A stretch of 64,000 nt of DNA from Thermovirgaceae bacterium (GTDB lineage: Bacteria > Synergistota > Synergistia > Synergistales > Thermovirgaceae). The translations under genes and the position numbers were made by a program. Under the pieces are notes generated by a model. That model was not told the origin of the DNA. It worked only from the letters and a program-made list of their open reading frames with translations, and did no database searches. Below, in pieces: positions 36,942 to 47,205 of the stretch (the first letter of the stretch is position 1; the number at the start of each line of letters is the position of its first letter). The stretch spans positions 116,763 through 180,762 of the forward strand of contig JAXGNU010000004.1 in NCBI GenBank assembly GCA_040767805.1, given 5' to 3'.

Positions 36942-37730
36942 TCAGACAAGATCCTTCAGCGAACGGGCCAGGGTACCCCGCGGGAGGTCGCCGACCTTCC
37001 CCACGGCCAGGAAGATGCCGTCGATGTAGATCTCGCTGGAAAAATCCTGGACCGTGACCCTGATAACCTCGTCCTGCCTGGCCAGGGTGACCTCGTGCTC
37101 CGAATAGGGGCCCGGGTAGGGAAATCTCTGGGAGGTCACCGGGACACCCGAGATCATGGCGCCCATCACGCCCGGGAAGACCTCGCGGCTTTCTACCTCG
37201 CCCTTGGGGCCCTCGGCGGCGATGCCGGCCAGGGTGGCCGCCGTCCCGCTGGGGGCGTTGGCCATCCTCGCGGGATGCCTGTCGGTGACGGCGACATAGG
37301 GATAGTACTGCCTGGCGGTCCTCAAGAAATCCATCACCAGGTTTATCCCCAGGCCGTAGTTGGAGATCACCGACCAGCGCAGGCCCTTCTCCTTCACCAT
37401 CTCCCCCACCTGGGCCATCTCCCCGTCGGTGAGGCCCGTCGTCCCTATGACGGCGTCCACGCCGGCGTCGGCATAGACCCGGAGGTTGTCCATGAGGACC
37501 GCCGTGGAGGTGAAATCGACCACCACGTCGGGCGAAGATTCGCGGATGCCCGAGGCCAGGTCGGCGCTCGAGACCACCCCCACCGGCTCCATGCCGGCCA
37601 GGACGCCCAGGTCCCGGCCCGCCTCGAGGCACCACCCACCGGCCAGTTCAAGGCCCTCCCTCTCGAGGACATTCCTTACCACCAATTTCCCCACGTTGCC
37701 GGAAGCCCCGGAAACGAAAACCCTTTTCAA
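36942..37730 (-). CDS. DapB-like reductase with divergent substrate loop
   Basis: GASGNVG, VVDFT, VIGTTG, SNYGLG, APSGTA; TTG start after GAGGAGG. Confidence 0.8.
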   Translation of the reverse strand: MKRVFVSGASGNVGKLVVRNVLEREGLELAGGWCLEAGRDLGVLAGMEPVGVVSSADLASGIRESSPDVVVDFTSTAVLMDNLRVYADAGVDAVIGTTGLTDGEMAQVGEMVKEKGLRWSVISNYGLGINLVMDFLRTARQYYPYVAVTDRHPARMANAPSGTAATLAGIAAEGPKGEVESREVFPGVMGAMISGVPVTSQRFPYPGPYSEHEVTLARQDEVIRVTVQDFSSEIYIDGIFLAVGKVGDLPRGTLARSLKDLV

Positions 37731-37873
37731 CGGTATCCCTCCTCGTGGTATTGACCTGTAGTGTTCTTCCAGTACAGTGTACCCTGTTCCCCCGCCGGAT
37801 GGGGCCATGATGGTATGCTTGTCCCGTGGTTTTCGAACCGTTTCACCGGGGGAACACGAAGGGGGACCGGACT

Positions 37874-38716
37874 ATGACCCTCCCATGGCAGGAAAAGATC
37901 GTCTCCGCTAGCACCCAAAAAGGGGATCACCGCCTGGTGCCCTGGCGGGTCTGCCGGGAGGCGGCGAGGGAGGCGGGCATCCCCGCCAGGAAAGCCGAAC
38001 TATGGGCCTGCGAGAACGGGATCTGCCCCTCCCGCTACGAGCGCAGCCTGGGAACCCTCGGCCTGGCGGGCCAGGCGAGGCTCCTGGCTTCAAGGGCGGC
38101 GGTGATAGGATGCGGGGGCCTCGGGGGGTGGATAGTGGAGATCCTGGCGAGGGCGGGGGTCGGGGAGATCGTCGTCGTCGACGGGGATGTCTTCGGTGAC
38201 AGCAACCTCAACAGGCAATCCTTGAGCCGCGAAGACAACATCGGCGGGTCCAAGGCCCTCGAGGCCAGGAAGAGGGTCGAGGCCGTCAACGGCGCCGTGG
38301 AGGTGACGGCCTGGGACCTTTACCTGACCGCCGACAACGCGTCGGGGATCCTCGAGGGCTGCCGGGTCGCCGTTGACGCCCTCGACAGCAACGAGGCCCG
38401 GGCGACGCTCCTCTCGGCCTGCCGGAGGCTGGGCATTCCGATGGTCCATGGGGCCATCGGGGGGTTCTGGGGCCAGGCCTGCGTGATCCTCCCCGGCGAC
38501 AGGGCCCCCTGGGAACTGGCCATCGCCGGGGACAGGGGTGTGGAGGATGTCACGGGCAATCCCCCCTTCACGCCCGCCTTCGTAGCCTCCCTGGAGGCGG
38601 CCGAGGCGGTGAGGCTCCTCTCGGGGGCGGGTGAACCCCTTTCGGGCATGCTCTGGTGCGACCTTAAGGTGCACGAATATTGCAGGATCGATCTCAGGAA
38701 AGGGGCGGGCGGCTGA
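37874..38716 (+). CDS. HesA/MoeB/ThiF family adenylyltransferase
   Basis: RYER, IGCGGLG, DGD..SNLNRQ, VDALD. Confidence 0.88.
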   Translation: MTLPWQEKIVSASTQKGDHRLVPWRVCREAAREAGIPARKAELWACENGICPSRYERSLGTLGLAGQARLLASRAAVIGCGGLGGWIVEILARAGVGEIVVVDGDVFGDSNLNRQSLSREDNIGGSKALEARKRVEAVNGAVEVTAWDLYLTADNASGILEGCRVAVDALDSNEARATLLSACRRLGIPMVHGAIGGFWGQACVILPGDRAPWELAIAGDRGVEDVTGNPPFTPAFVASLEAAEAVRLLSGAGEPLSGMLWCDLKVHEYCRIDLRKGAGG

Positions 38717-38781
38717 ACCGCCTTGGTTTTTCGTCTCGACTTTCACGTAACACGCCTAATCCATACCCGGGAGGTTTTCCG

Positions 38782-39225
38782 ATGCTCATCGACAGGGCCA
38801 GGTACTACTATCTCTTCGAAGACATGAACTGCGCCGAGACCATCCTTCGCGCGGCCAATGACGAGTACTCCCTGGGGCTCGACCCCGTGGGGCTCAGGAC
38901 CATGGCCGGCTTCGGGGGCGGCATGGGCATCGGCTCCACCTGCTGCGGGGCTTTGTCCGGGTCCATCGCCGCGATCTCGGTCAGGTTCACCTCCACGAGG
39001 TCCCATGATAACCCGCTGGTCGCAGACCTCTGCAGGGCCTTCCTGGAAGGATTCGCCTCCAGGCACGGCGCCATCGACTGCGACCCCCTGAAGGACCTTT
39101 ACAGGGACAGCCGGTTCGGGTGCCTCCCGGTGGTCGAACGGGCCGCCGGGGAACTCGAGAGGCTCATGCTGGAAAACGGGCCGAAGTTTCCTCCCCACCC
39201 GGGGCAGGGAAAGAAGGAAGGGTGA
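38782..39225 (+). CDS. C_GCAxxG_C_C family redox protein
   Basis: NCAET, GFGGGMG...CCGALSG, IDC...C. Confidence 0.85.
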   Translation: MLIDRARYYYLFEDMNCAETILRAANDEYSLGLDPVGLRTMAGFGGGMGIGSTCCGALSGSIAAISVRFTSTRSHDNPLVADLCRAFLEGFASRHGAIDCDPLKDLYRDSRFGCLPVVERAAGELERLMLENGPKFPPHPGQGKKEG

Positions 39226-39352
39226 CGGGTCCTTTCGGCAGGCCGCCCCGGGGATCGACCTCCCCTCCCGGCGATGGAATCCGAAATCATTCTTGACTTT
39301 GCCCGCCGCCTGGATTATTGTCCCTCTAACCCCTTCGAGAGAGGGTAGTGAA

Positions 39353-40105
39353 ATGTCACTCCGGTCCCGTATCACCCTGCTCCTGGCGGTGCTCCTTTTC
39401 TGTTTCACTTCCGGCGTCGAGGCTGACCCCGGCCCGGTCTATTCCGGCCCCAAGGGCGTACCCGTCGTGGCCCTGACCTTCGACGACGGGCCTCACCAGT
39501 TCACGACCCCCAGGCTCATCACGCTCCTCGATGAACTTTCCGTCAGGGGCACCTTCTTCATCGTCGGGACCCAGGCCGTACAGTTCCCAGGGATACTGGA
39601 AGACCTCGCCTCGAGGGGGCATACCGTGGCGAACCACTCCTGGTCTCACCGGAACATCACCCAACTCGACCGGGGGGCCCTCCTCGAAGAACTCGCCTTC
39701 TGCAGCCAGGCCATCGAGACCATCACCGGCGTCCGCCCACGGTTCTTCCGCCCCCCCGGGGGGAAATGGGACAGGCAGTCCCTGGCGACCGTCCAGGAAC
39801 TGGGCCTCACCACGGTTCTCTGGGACGTGACCGGCAGGGACATGGTCCAGAGGTCGCCCCGCCAGATGGCGGCCTCCGTCGTCAAGGCGGCCGTGCCCGG
39901 GTCGATCATACTCCTCCACGGGGGGATGGAGTGGACCATGGAGGCGCTGCCGCTGATCGTGGAAGGGCTGAGGGCGAGGGGGTTCCTCCTGGTCTCCCTC
40001 GACCAGATGTTCCCCTCCGCGAGAGAGGCGGCGGTGCCTCTCAGGAACGTCCCGGTCGAAAGGGCCTCGCCTCCCCCGGTTCGCCCCGTCAAGGTCGTAC
40101 CCTGA
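39353..40105 (+). CDS. Polysaccharide deacetylase (NodB/CE4)
   Basis: LTFDDGP, NHSWSH, FRPPGG, ILLH; signal peptide. Confidence 0.9.
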   Translation: MSLRSRITLLLAVLLFCFTSGVEADPGPVYSGPKGVPVVALTFDDGPHQFTTPRLITLLDELSVRGTFFIVGTQAVQFPGILEDLASRGHTVANHSWSHRNITQLDRGALLEELAFCSQAIETITGVRPRFFRPPGGKWDRQSLATVQELGLTTVLWDVTGRDMVQRSPRQMAASVVKAAVPGSIILLHGGMEWTMEALPLIVEGLRARGFLLVSLDQMFPSAREAAVPLRNVPVERASPPPVRPVKVVP

Positions 40106-40255
40106 ACGTCGTGTGAGAATCCCTTCCCGTCACCGGTGAAGGCACGCCGCGGCGCTTTTAGTAAAACCCTCCGCCACCCCCCTTCGCGGGCATTACCATG
40201 AGGTCCGTCGTGGGGTCGCCCCTTCCGGCGAAGGGGATATAATGAAAGTGGGGAG

Positions 40256-41161
40256 GTGGCCGTTTTGACCAGGGTCGGGTTGGCCCTAGGCGGTGGCGGC
40301 GCCAGGGGGGCCGCCCACTTCGGGGTCCTCAAGGTGCTTGAGGCGGAAAGGATCCCCATAGACCTGATAGCTGGAACGTCCATGGGGGCCATCGTGGGCG
40401 CCATGTACGCCCAGAACCCCGACGCCTCCGCCGTGATCGAGAGGTACGAGCGCTTCATAGGCAGCATGGATTACGGCTCCTACGGCCTGAAGTATATCGC
40501 CGCCGACGCCGACCAGGACTCCCACCTGCTGCAGAAGTTCGCCAGGACCATTGCCCAGAGGATCTACATGAGTTCCATGGGTCACCGGTCGGGGATCATG
40601 AAGCCGGAATTCCTGGACAACGCCCTCAAGGAACTGCTGGACCGGGGGAACGTACAGGACACGAAGATACCCTTCGGAGCCGTGGCGACGGACCTCAACT
40701 CCGGGAGCACGATCCTGATCCGGGAGGGGAGCATCAGGAAGGCCGTCCGGAGGAGCGCCCTGATACCGGGCTACCTGCCGCCGGAAGAAGAGGGGAGCAA
40801 GCTCATCACCGACGGGGGGGTGAGCGAGCCCGTCCCGGTGGATTCGGCGCTGAAGATGGGCGCCGACGTGGTGATAGCCGTTTCGGTGGACCCCGCCACC
40901 ATGCCCGGCCTCGAGGACCCCAGCATGATAAACATAATGCGCCGCTGCGACCTCATCAGGGGCATCCACATGTCGAGGGCCCAGGTCGAAAAGGCCGACG
41001 TCTGCCTGTGCCCCGACATGAGCAGCAGCGACTGGAGTGAATTCCTCTCCTCGGGCGAGTTCATAAAGGCCGGGGAGGAAGAGGCCAGGAAAAAACTCCC
41101 CCAGGTGCGGGAAGCGCTGCGCAAGAAGAGACCCTGGTTCCTCCGCCTCTTTTCGAACTGA
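40256..41161 (+). CDS. Patatin-like phospholipase (RssA-like)
   Basis: LGGGGARG, GTSMG, DGG. Confidence 0.9.
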   Translation: MAVLTRVGLALGGGGARGAAHFGVLKVLEAERIPIDLIAGTSMGAIVGAMYAQNPDASAVIERYERFIGSMDYGSYGLKYIAADADQDSHLLQKFARTIAQRIYMSSMGHRSGIMKPEFLDNALKELLDRGNVQDTKIPFGAVATDLNSGSTILIREGSIRKAVRRSALIPGYLPPEEEGSKLITDGGVSEPVPVDSALKMGADVVIAVSVDPATMPGLEDPSMINIMRRCDLIRGIHMSRAQVEKADVCLCPDMSSSDWSEFLSSGEFIKAGEEEARKKLPQVREALRKKRPWFLRLFSN

Positions 41162-41288
41162 CCCCGGCCCTTCCCTTCTTCTTGACATACTCCCTATTGG
41201 TATACTAACCTTGCGGCGTGTTCCGGGTTTCCCGGCGGTCACCTGCCGCGGAGGAGCAAGTATCCTGGTCCCCAGGGAGGGATGGGTC

Positions 41289-42983
41289 ATGAAGGACAAA
41301 AAGGTGCTCATCGTCGGCGGTGTCGCCTGCGGTGGCAAGGCGGCGGCGAGGCTCATGAGGGTCGATCCCCGGGCCGACGTCACCGTGCTGGAAAGGGGAG
41401 AATACATCAGTTACGCCGGGTGCGGCCTACCCTACTACGTCGGGGGCGTGGTCAAGGAGTACCGGGACCTGATGACCACCCCCATTGGCGTGGTCAGGGA
41501 CGAGAACTTCTTCCGCAAGGTCAAGCACGTCACCGTCCATACCCAGCACCTGGCCACGAAGATCGACAGGGGGAGGAAGACCGTCACGGCCCTGGACCTG
41601 CGCAACGGCGAGGAAAAGGAGTTCCCCTACGACAAGCTCGTCCTGTCGACGGGGGCCAGCCCCCTGAGGCCCCCCATACCGGGGTCGGACCTTCCCAGGG
41701 TCTTCACCCTCTGGAACATGCCCGACGCCCTCGCCATGCGCGCCGCCATCGACAGCGGCAAGGTCAAGAACGCCGTTGTCATAGGTGCGGGCCTCATCGG
41801 GATGGAAGTCGTGGAGGCCCTCCACGACCAGGGCATCCAGGTGTCCATCGTCGACCTCTGCGAGACGCCGCTGCCCCAGATGATGGACCGGGAATTCGGC
41901 AACCTCCTCAGGGCCGTCCTTGAGAAAAAGGGCATCAACTTTTTCGGCGGGGAGAAGGTCCTGGAGATCCAGGGGTGCAACGGCGAGATAAAGTCCGTCA
42001 AGACCGACAAGCGGGAGGTCCCGGCCGAAATGGTCTTGATGGCCGTGGGTGTCAGGCCCAACGTCGGTATCGCCCGGGAGGCCGGCCTGGCCCTCGGCAG
42101 CTGCGGCGGGGTCATAGTCGACGACCACATGCGCACCAGCGACCCCGATATCTACGCCGGCGGCGACTGCGTCGAGGTGAAAAACGTCCTCACCGGCAAG
42201 CCCGTCTGGCAGCCCATGGGTTCCGTGGCGAACCGCCAGGGCCGAGTGATCGCGGACAACATCGCGGGCCTGCCCACCACCTTCAAGGGCGTGGCGGGGA
42301 CGGCCATCATGAAGGCCTTCGAGTACACCATCGGCAAGACGGGCCTGACCAGGGAGCAGGCCCGGCTGGAGGGCTTCAACGCCGAGGCGGTGACCATCGT
42401 CGATTCCGACACCCCCCACTTCATGCCCGGCTCCGCCGCCATCCAGGTCCGCATCGTCGCCGACAGGAAGACCCGAAAGGTCCTGGGGGCCCAGGTATTC
42501 GGGGCCGGCAGGGCGGACAAGAGGCTCGACATCCTCGTCTCGGCCGCCGCGGGGGGCCTCACCATCGATGAGCTGGCCGACGCCGACATCGCCTACGCGC
42601 CCCCCTACTCGACGGCGCTCGACCCCGTCACCCACGCCGCCAACACCCTGAAGAACAAGTTGGACGGCCTGATGGTCTCCTGGAGCCCCTCGGAACTGGC
42701 CGAGAAGATCAGGAAGGGGGAAAACCCCGTGCTGCTCGACGTCCGCTCCCCCGACGAGGTGAAGGCCCAGGGGACCCTCCCCTACGAGACCACCCTCATC
42801 CCGCTGGGCCAACTGTGGGACCGGGGGTCGGAACTCCCCAGGGACAGGGAGATCATCGCCTTCTGCAAGATATCGGTCCGCGGGTGGGACGCCAATTCCA
42901 TACTCAGGAGGCTGGGTTACGAGAAGGTCTCCGTCCTCGAGGGCGGCATCGCGGGCTGGCCCTTCGAGTTGAGGAAGGAATAA
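41289..42983 (+). CDS. CoA-disulfide reductase/NADH oxidase family protein with C-terminal rhodanese domain
   Basis: GGVACG, SYAGCGLPY, GAGLIG, YAPPYS; rhodanese LDVR...FC. Confidence 0.88.
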   Translation: MKDKKVLIVGGVACGGKAAARLMRVDPRADVTVLERGEYISYAGCGLPYYVGGVVKEYRDLMTTPIGVVRDENFFRKVKHVTVHTQHLATKIDRGRKTVTALDLRNGEEKEFPYDKLVLSTGASPLRPPIPGSDLPRVFTLWNMPDALAMRAAIDSGKVKNAVVIGAGLIGMEVVEALHDQGIQVSIVDLCETPLPQMMDREFGNLLRAVLEKKGINFFGGEKVLEIQGCNGEIKSVKTDKREVPAEMVLMAVGVRPNVGIAREAGLALGSCGGVIVDDHMRTSDPDIYAGGDCVEVKNVLTGKPVWQPMGSVANRQGRVIADNIAGLPTTFKGVAGTAIMKAFEYTIGKTGLTREQARLEGFNAEAVTIVDSDTPHFMPGSAAIQVRIVADRKTRKVLGAQVFGAGRADKRLDILVSAAAGGLTIDELADADIAYAPPYSTALDPVTHAANTLKNKLDGLMVSWSPSELAEKIRKGENPVLLDVRSPDEVKAQGTLPYETTLIPLGQLWDRGSELPRDREIIAFCKISVRGWDANSILRRLGYEKVSVLEGGIAGWPFELRKE

Positions 42984-43005
42984 CAATAAGGGCGGTACCG
43001 GCTTG

Positions 43006-46000
43006 TCAGTCCTCCAGCCGGTACCCCTTTTCCCTGAACAGGCGCAGGCAGGCCTTGGCGACGTCGGGGTCGTAGAGGGTCCCGGCGTTGACCTCGATCT
43101 CCTCGAGGGCTTCCTCCAGCCCGACGGCGGGCCGGTAGGGCCGGTAGGAGGCCATGGCTTCCACCACGTCGGCTACGGCCAGGATCCTCGCCTCGAGGCT
43201 GATCTCGTCGCCCTTCAGACCCTGGGGGTACCCGGAACCGTCGATGCGCTCGTGGTGCTGGTAGACGATCATGGCCAGGCCGAGGTCGCTTTCCACGTCC
43301 TGGAGGATATCCCTTCCATGGGCTGGGTGTTCCCTGATGATGTTCATCTCCAGTTCCGAGAGCATGCCGGGTTTGCTCAGTATCTCCGCCGGGACGGAAA
43401 TCTTCCCCAGGTCATGGACAAAACCGGCCATCCTGACCTGGTCCTCCTTATCCGGGCCAAGCCCCATCTCCCGGGCTATCCTCGCGGCCAGTGCGCCGAC
43501 GCGCCTCTGGTGGCCCGCCGTGTAGGGGTCCCTGCGCTCGACGGTCTGGGTGAGGACGCCGATGGTGGTCTCCAGGGCGTGACGGAGCTTTTCCTCGGCC
43601 TGTTTCCTGTCGGTGACGTCGGTGGACAGGGCGGCGAAGACCCCCGGCGATGTGCTGTAGGCCTTGACCTCGAAGTACTTTCCCAGGGGCGCGGCGTAAT
43701 CCACGAAGGAAACGGGTTCCCCGGTAAGCGCCACCTTTCCGAATCTCCGGACCCAGGAATCCTCGATCCCGGGCAGGACCTCCCGGACCGTCTTCCCGAT
43801 GACGTCCCGGCCACGCAGCCCCGTCAGCCTCTCGTAGGCCGGGTTGACGGTGATGAAACGGAAGTCGACAGGCTCCCCAGCCTCATCGCAGATCACCTCG
43901 CAGAGGGCGAAGCCGTCGAGCATCTCGCGGAAAAGGGTGATGTACTCCCCCTCCAACTTGCGGTGCTCGGTGATGTCCTGGAAGGCCCCCTGGGCGCCGA
44001 CGATCTTACCGGTCCCGTCCCTGACCGCCTCCCCTATTTCCCGCACCCAGATGGCCCGCCCGGTACCGGTGATCTTCCTGAACTCCTCGTCAAAGGGGGT
44101 CCCGTTCTTGATGCACTCCCCGAAAAGCTTCTCCATCAACAGGCGGGACTCGGGGTCGTAAAACCCCAGGGCATCCTCCACGGCGGCGCTGAAACCGGGC
44201 GGCTGCTCATGGATCCTGGCGGCCTCGTCGGTCCAGACGGTGCGGTCTTCGTCCAGGTTCATGCTCCAGCCGCCGACGGAGGCCAGCTCCCCGGCCATCC
44301 TGATGAGGTCGTTCTTCTTCTTCAGCTCTTCATCGGACTGCTTCAGGGCGGTGATGTCCTCCACGGTCCCCTCGTAGAAGAGGATGGCGCCGTCGTCATC
44401 CCTGACCGCCCTGGCGCTCTCCCTGACGAAGACCACGGAGCCGTCCCGCCTGGTCCAGGCCGACTCGAGCCCCCTTATCTCCCCGTCCCGGGCCATCCTC
44501 TCCTGGAAATACGACCTGGAGTAGTCCGGTTCGAAGCCCTCCTCACTGAGGTTCCGCGAGGCCAGTTCCTCGAAGGAGGTATAGCCCAGCATGGCCGCCA
44601 GCGCGGGGTTGGCCATGAGGATCCTGCCGTCGGGGGTGGTCCTGTAGATACCGATCGCCGCGTTCTCGAAGACGCCCCTGAAGCGCTCCTCGCTCTCCTT
44701 CAGGGCCTCCTCGATCATCTTGCGGCGGGTCATATCGCGGATGAAGGAGAGGGAACCCCCCTGCCCCTCGTAGACGAAGGGCACCGCCGATATCTCGACG
44801 GGGACCTCCGAGCCGTCCTCGCACTGCAGCAGGGTATCCAGGGGCGGGACGGCCTTCTTCTCCTCGTTCAGCCTTTTCCGCCTCCGGCGGATCAATTCGG
44901 CGTGGGCGGGGGAGAAAAACTCCTCCACCTCGCGCCCCAGCAGTTCCTGGACCGAATCGGCCTTCAGCATTCGGCGGGCCGTCTCATTGAAAAAAGCGAT
45001 CCTTCCGTTCAACTGGACGAATATGCCGTCCGGGGCCCCCTCGACGAAGGACTTGAACTGCGACGCGCTCTGCCTCAGGGACTCCTCGGCCTCCTTGCGG
45101 CCGCTTATGTCCTGTAAGGCGCCGTGGATACGGGTGACCACGCCCGCCTCGCCGCGGACCGCCGTCCCCACGGTCCTTATCCAGACCCGGCGGCCGCTCC
45201 CGGTGACGATCTCCACCTCCTCGTCGAAGGGGTCGCCCTTCTCGAGGCAGCCCATTAAAACCTTCCTGATCCTCCGCCGGTACTCGGGCGCGCAGAACTC
45301 AATGACTTCTTCAAGGGTGAGTTTGGAGCCGGGCGGTATTTCATGGATCTCGGCCACCTTTTCCGAGTAGGAGAAACGGCCCTCCCCGACGTAGTACTGC
45401 CACCCCCCGAGGGCCACCAGGTCCCCGGCGATGCCCAGGAGGGACTCGCTGTCGGCCAGGCGTTCCAGGAGGGCCTTGTTCCTCTCCAGGGCCCGGGCAA
45501 GCTGGAGGTTCCTGGCCCCCAGTTCGGAGACCTGGTCGGCCACCTTGACGAAAAGGTCCATGGCCTGCTCGACCTTCTCCCGGGATATCCTGGGGATCTC
45601 CGCCAGGGCATCGAGGTACTCCTTTTCATCGAAACCGAACTTCCTGGCCTGGGCCCTGAAGATATCAACGCCCGGCTCCTCTTCCTCGAGGAGGAACTGG
45701 CCCATAAAGAGATTGCCCAACTTGCGGCCCTCGACGAAGATCGGCGTGGCGACATCCCAGAGGTTGTTCTTGCACTTGTACAGGAGGGACTTGCCTCGCT
45801 CGAGGCCCGCCGTGAGCACGGTGTCGCTCTCCATGCAGGACTTGCCGGCTTCGGGATGGGGCCTGTGAAAGCCGGTGCAGATCCTCTGCCACCCCGCGGC
45901 GGCCAGGATGCGCCCCTCCAGGTCTATCACCGCCATGCTGGGCCCCGCCATCCTGGAAAGGGCTTCCAGGAGTTCCTGCATCCGGGCCAGGCCGACGATG

Positions 46001-46071
46001 TCGGCGAGGTTTATCTCCCCGGGGCCTGTCCCGGGGCTGTGATCGTGTTCGAGGCTCTTTTTCGCGCTCAT
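43006..46071 (-). CDS. PocR + multi-PAS + HD-GYP cyclic-dinucleotide phosphodiesterase
   Basis: PocR ICTGFHR...CMESD...YKCKNNL; PAS/PAC repeats (QDIS, EDIT, QDIT); HDLGK and HHERIDGSGYP. Confidence 0.9.
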   Translation of the reverse strand: MSAKKSLEHDHSPGTGPGEINLADIVGLARMQELLEALSRMAGPSMAVIDLEGRILAAAGWQRICTGFHRPHPEAGKSCMESDTVLTAGLERGKSLLYKCKNNLWDVATPIFVEGRKLGNLFMGQFLLEEEEPGVDIFRAQARKFGFDEKEYLDALAEIPRISREKVEQAMDLFVKVADQVSELGARNLQLARALERNKALLERLADSESLLGIAGDLVALGGWQYYVGEGRFSYSEKVAEIHEIPPGSKLTLEEVIEFCAPEYRRRIRKVLMGCLEKGDPFDEEVEIVTGSGRRVWIRTVGTAVRGEAGVVTRIHGALQDISGRKEAEESLRQSASQFKSFVEGAPDGIFVQLNGRIAFFNETARRMLKADSVQELLGREVEEFFSPAHAELIRRRRKRLNEEKKAVPPLDTLLQCEDGSEVPVEISAVPFVYEGQGGSLSFIRDMTRRKMIEEALKESEERFRGVFENAAIGIYRTTPDGRILMANPALAAMLGYTSFEELASRNLSEEGFEPDYSRSYFQERMARDGEIRGLESAWTRRDGSVVFVRESARAVRDDDGAILFYEGTVEDITALKQSDEELKKKNDLIRMAGELASVGGWSMNLDEDRTVWTDEAARIHEQPPGFSAAVEDALGFYDPESRLLMEKLFGECIKNGTPFDEEFRKITGTGRAIWVREIGEAVRDGTGKIVGAQGAFQDITEHRKLEGEYITLFREMLDGFALCEVICDEAGEPVDFRFITVNPAYERLTGLRGRDVIGKTVREVLPGIEDSWVRRFGKVALTGEPVSFVDYAAPLGKYFEVKAYSTSPGVFAALSTDVTDRKQAEEKLRHALETTIGVLTQTVERRDPYTAGHQRRVGALAARIAREMGLGPDKEDQVRMAGFVHDLGKISVPAEILSKPGMLSELEMNIIREHPAHGRDILQDVESDLGLAMIVYQHHERIDGSGYPQGLKGDEISLEARILAVADVVEAMASYRPYRPAVGLEEALEEIEVNAGTLYDPDVAKACLRLFREKGYRLED

Positions 46072-46236
46072 GGCCCTTCCTTCTTGGGAATAATTTCAAA
46101 CTTTTTTATACTACATCCTTTTACCCGGAAAGAACAACCTCGCCGGGGGCCGGCGGCTCCGGGCTCCAGGCCCTCCCCCGCCCCGAAAAACCGGGTGCGA
46201 TGGGCGGTAGTTGTAAAATAAAGGCGAAGGAAGGGG

Positions 46237-47205
46237 ATGGTCGTCATCAGGAAAATGCTCTCCTGGGCCGCTGTTTTTTGCCTGTTCTGCCGGCCGGCGC
46301 TTCCGCCCTCCCCCGCGGGGGCGGTCGGGAACCTGCAGGAAGTGATCGGGGCCTACGCCTGTGTCGTTCCCCTCGAGTGGGGGCAGGAGGTCACGGGCGT
46401 CGTAACCCGCTTCGACCCGGGCAAGGGGAAAGGGCTGGCCCTCACCTTCGACGCCTGCGGCGGGGGGGTCAAGGGCTGCGGTTACGACGAGGAACTGATC
46501 GGACTCCTCCGGAAGGAGGGCATACCCGCCACCCTCTTCATAAACGCCCGCTGGATAAGGGCGAACCCCGAGACCTTCGCCTCCCTAGCGGCGGACCCCC
46601 TCTTCGACATCGCCAACCACGGGCTGGACCACAGGCCCCTTTCGGTGAGCGGCAGGGAGGCTTACGGCATAAAGGGGACGGAAAGCCCGGCGGAAGCCGC
46701 CCGGGAAGTCGAGGAAGGGGCCCGGACGATCGAGGCCGCGTCGGGTAAAAGGCCGGTCTTCTTCCGCTCCGGCACCAACCACTACGACGAGGTCGCCGTG
46801 AGGATCGCCGGGGAACTGGGCCACCGGGTCGTGGGCTGCAGCGTGAACGGCGACGCCGGCGCCACCTTCTCCGCGGCCCGGGTGGCGAAGGCTCTGATGT
46901 CGGCTATCCCCGGCGATATAGTCCTGATGCACATGAACCGGCCCGAAGGGCAGACCGCCGAGGGCCTCTCCGCCGCCCTCGGCGCGCTGAAAAAGAAGGG
47001 ATTCACCTTTGTCCGCCTCTCTCAGGTCCTCTCCCCCTTGGCGGCGACGACGATCCCGGCGAGGATGAAAGCGCCGCCGGCTACCTTGGCCGCCGTCAGG
47101 GTCTCCCCGAAGAACAGCCGTGCCAGCAGGGTGGCGCCGATGGGTTCGCCCAGGAGCGCCACGGCCACGACGGTCGCGCTGAGGTACTTCAGCGTCCAGT
47201 TGTAG
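46237..47205 (+). CDS. Polysaccharide deacetylase family protein (C-terminus overlaps the convergent gene)
   Basis: LTFDACGG, NHGLDH, FFRSGT, VLMHMN; signal peptide. Confidence 0.8.
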   Translation: MVVIRKMLSWAAVFCLFCRPALPPSPAGAVGNLQEVIGAYACVVPLEWGQEVTGVVTRFDPGKGKGLALTFDACGGGVKGCGYDEELIGLLRKEGIPATLFINARWIRANPETFASLAADPLFDIANHGLDHRPLSVSGREAYGIKGTESPAEAAREVEEGARTIEAASGKRPVFFRSGTNHYDEVAVRIAGELGHRVVGCSVNGDAGATFSAARVAKALMSAIPGDIVLMHMNRPEGQTAEGLSAALGALKKKGFTFVRLSQVLSPLAATTIPARMKAPPATLAAVRVSPKNSRASRVAPMGSPRSATATTVALRYFSVQL

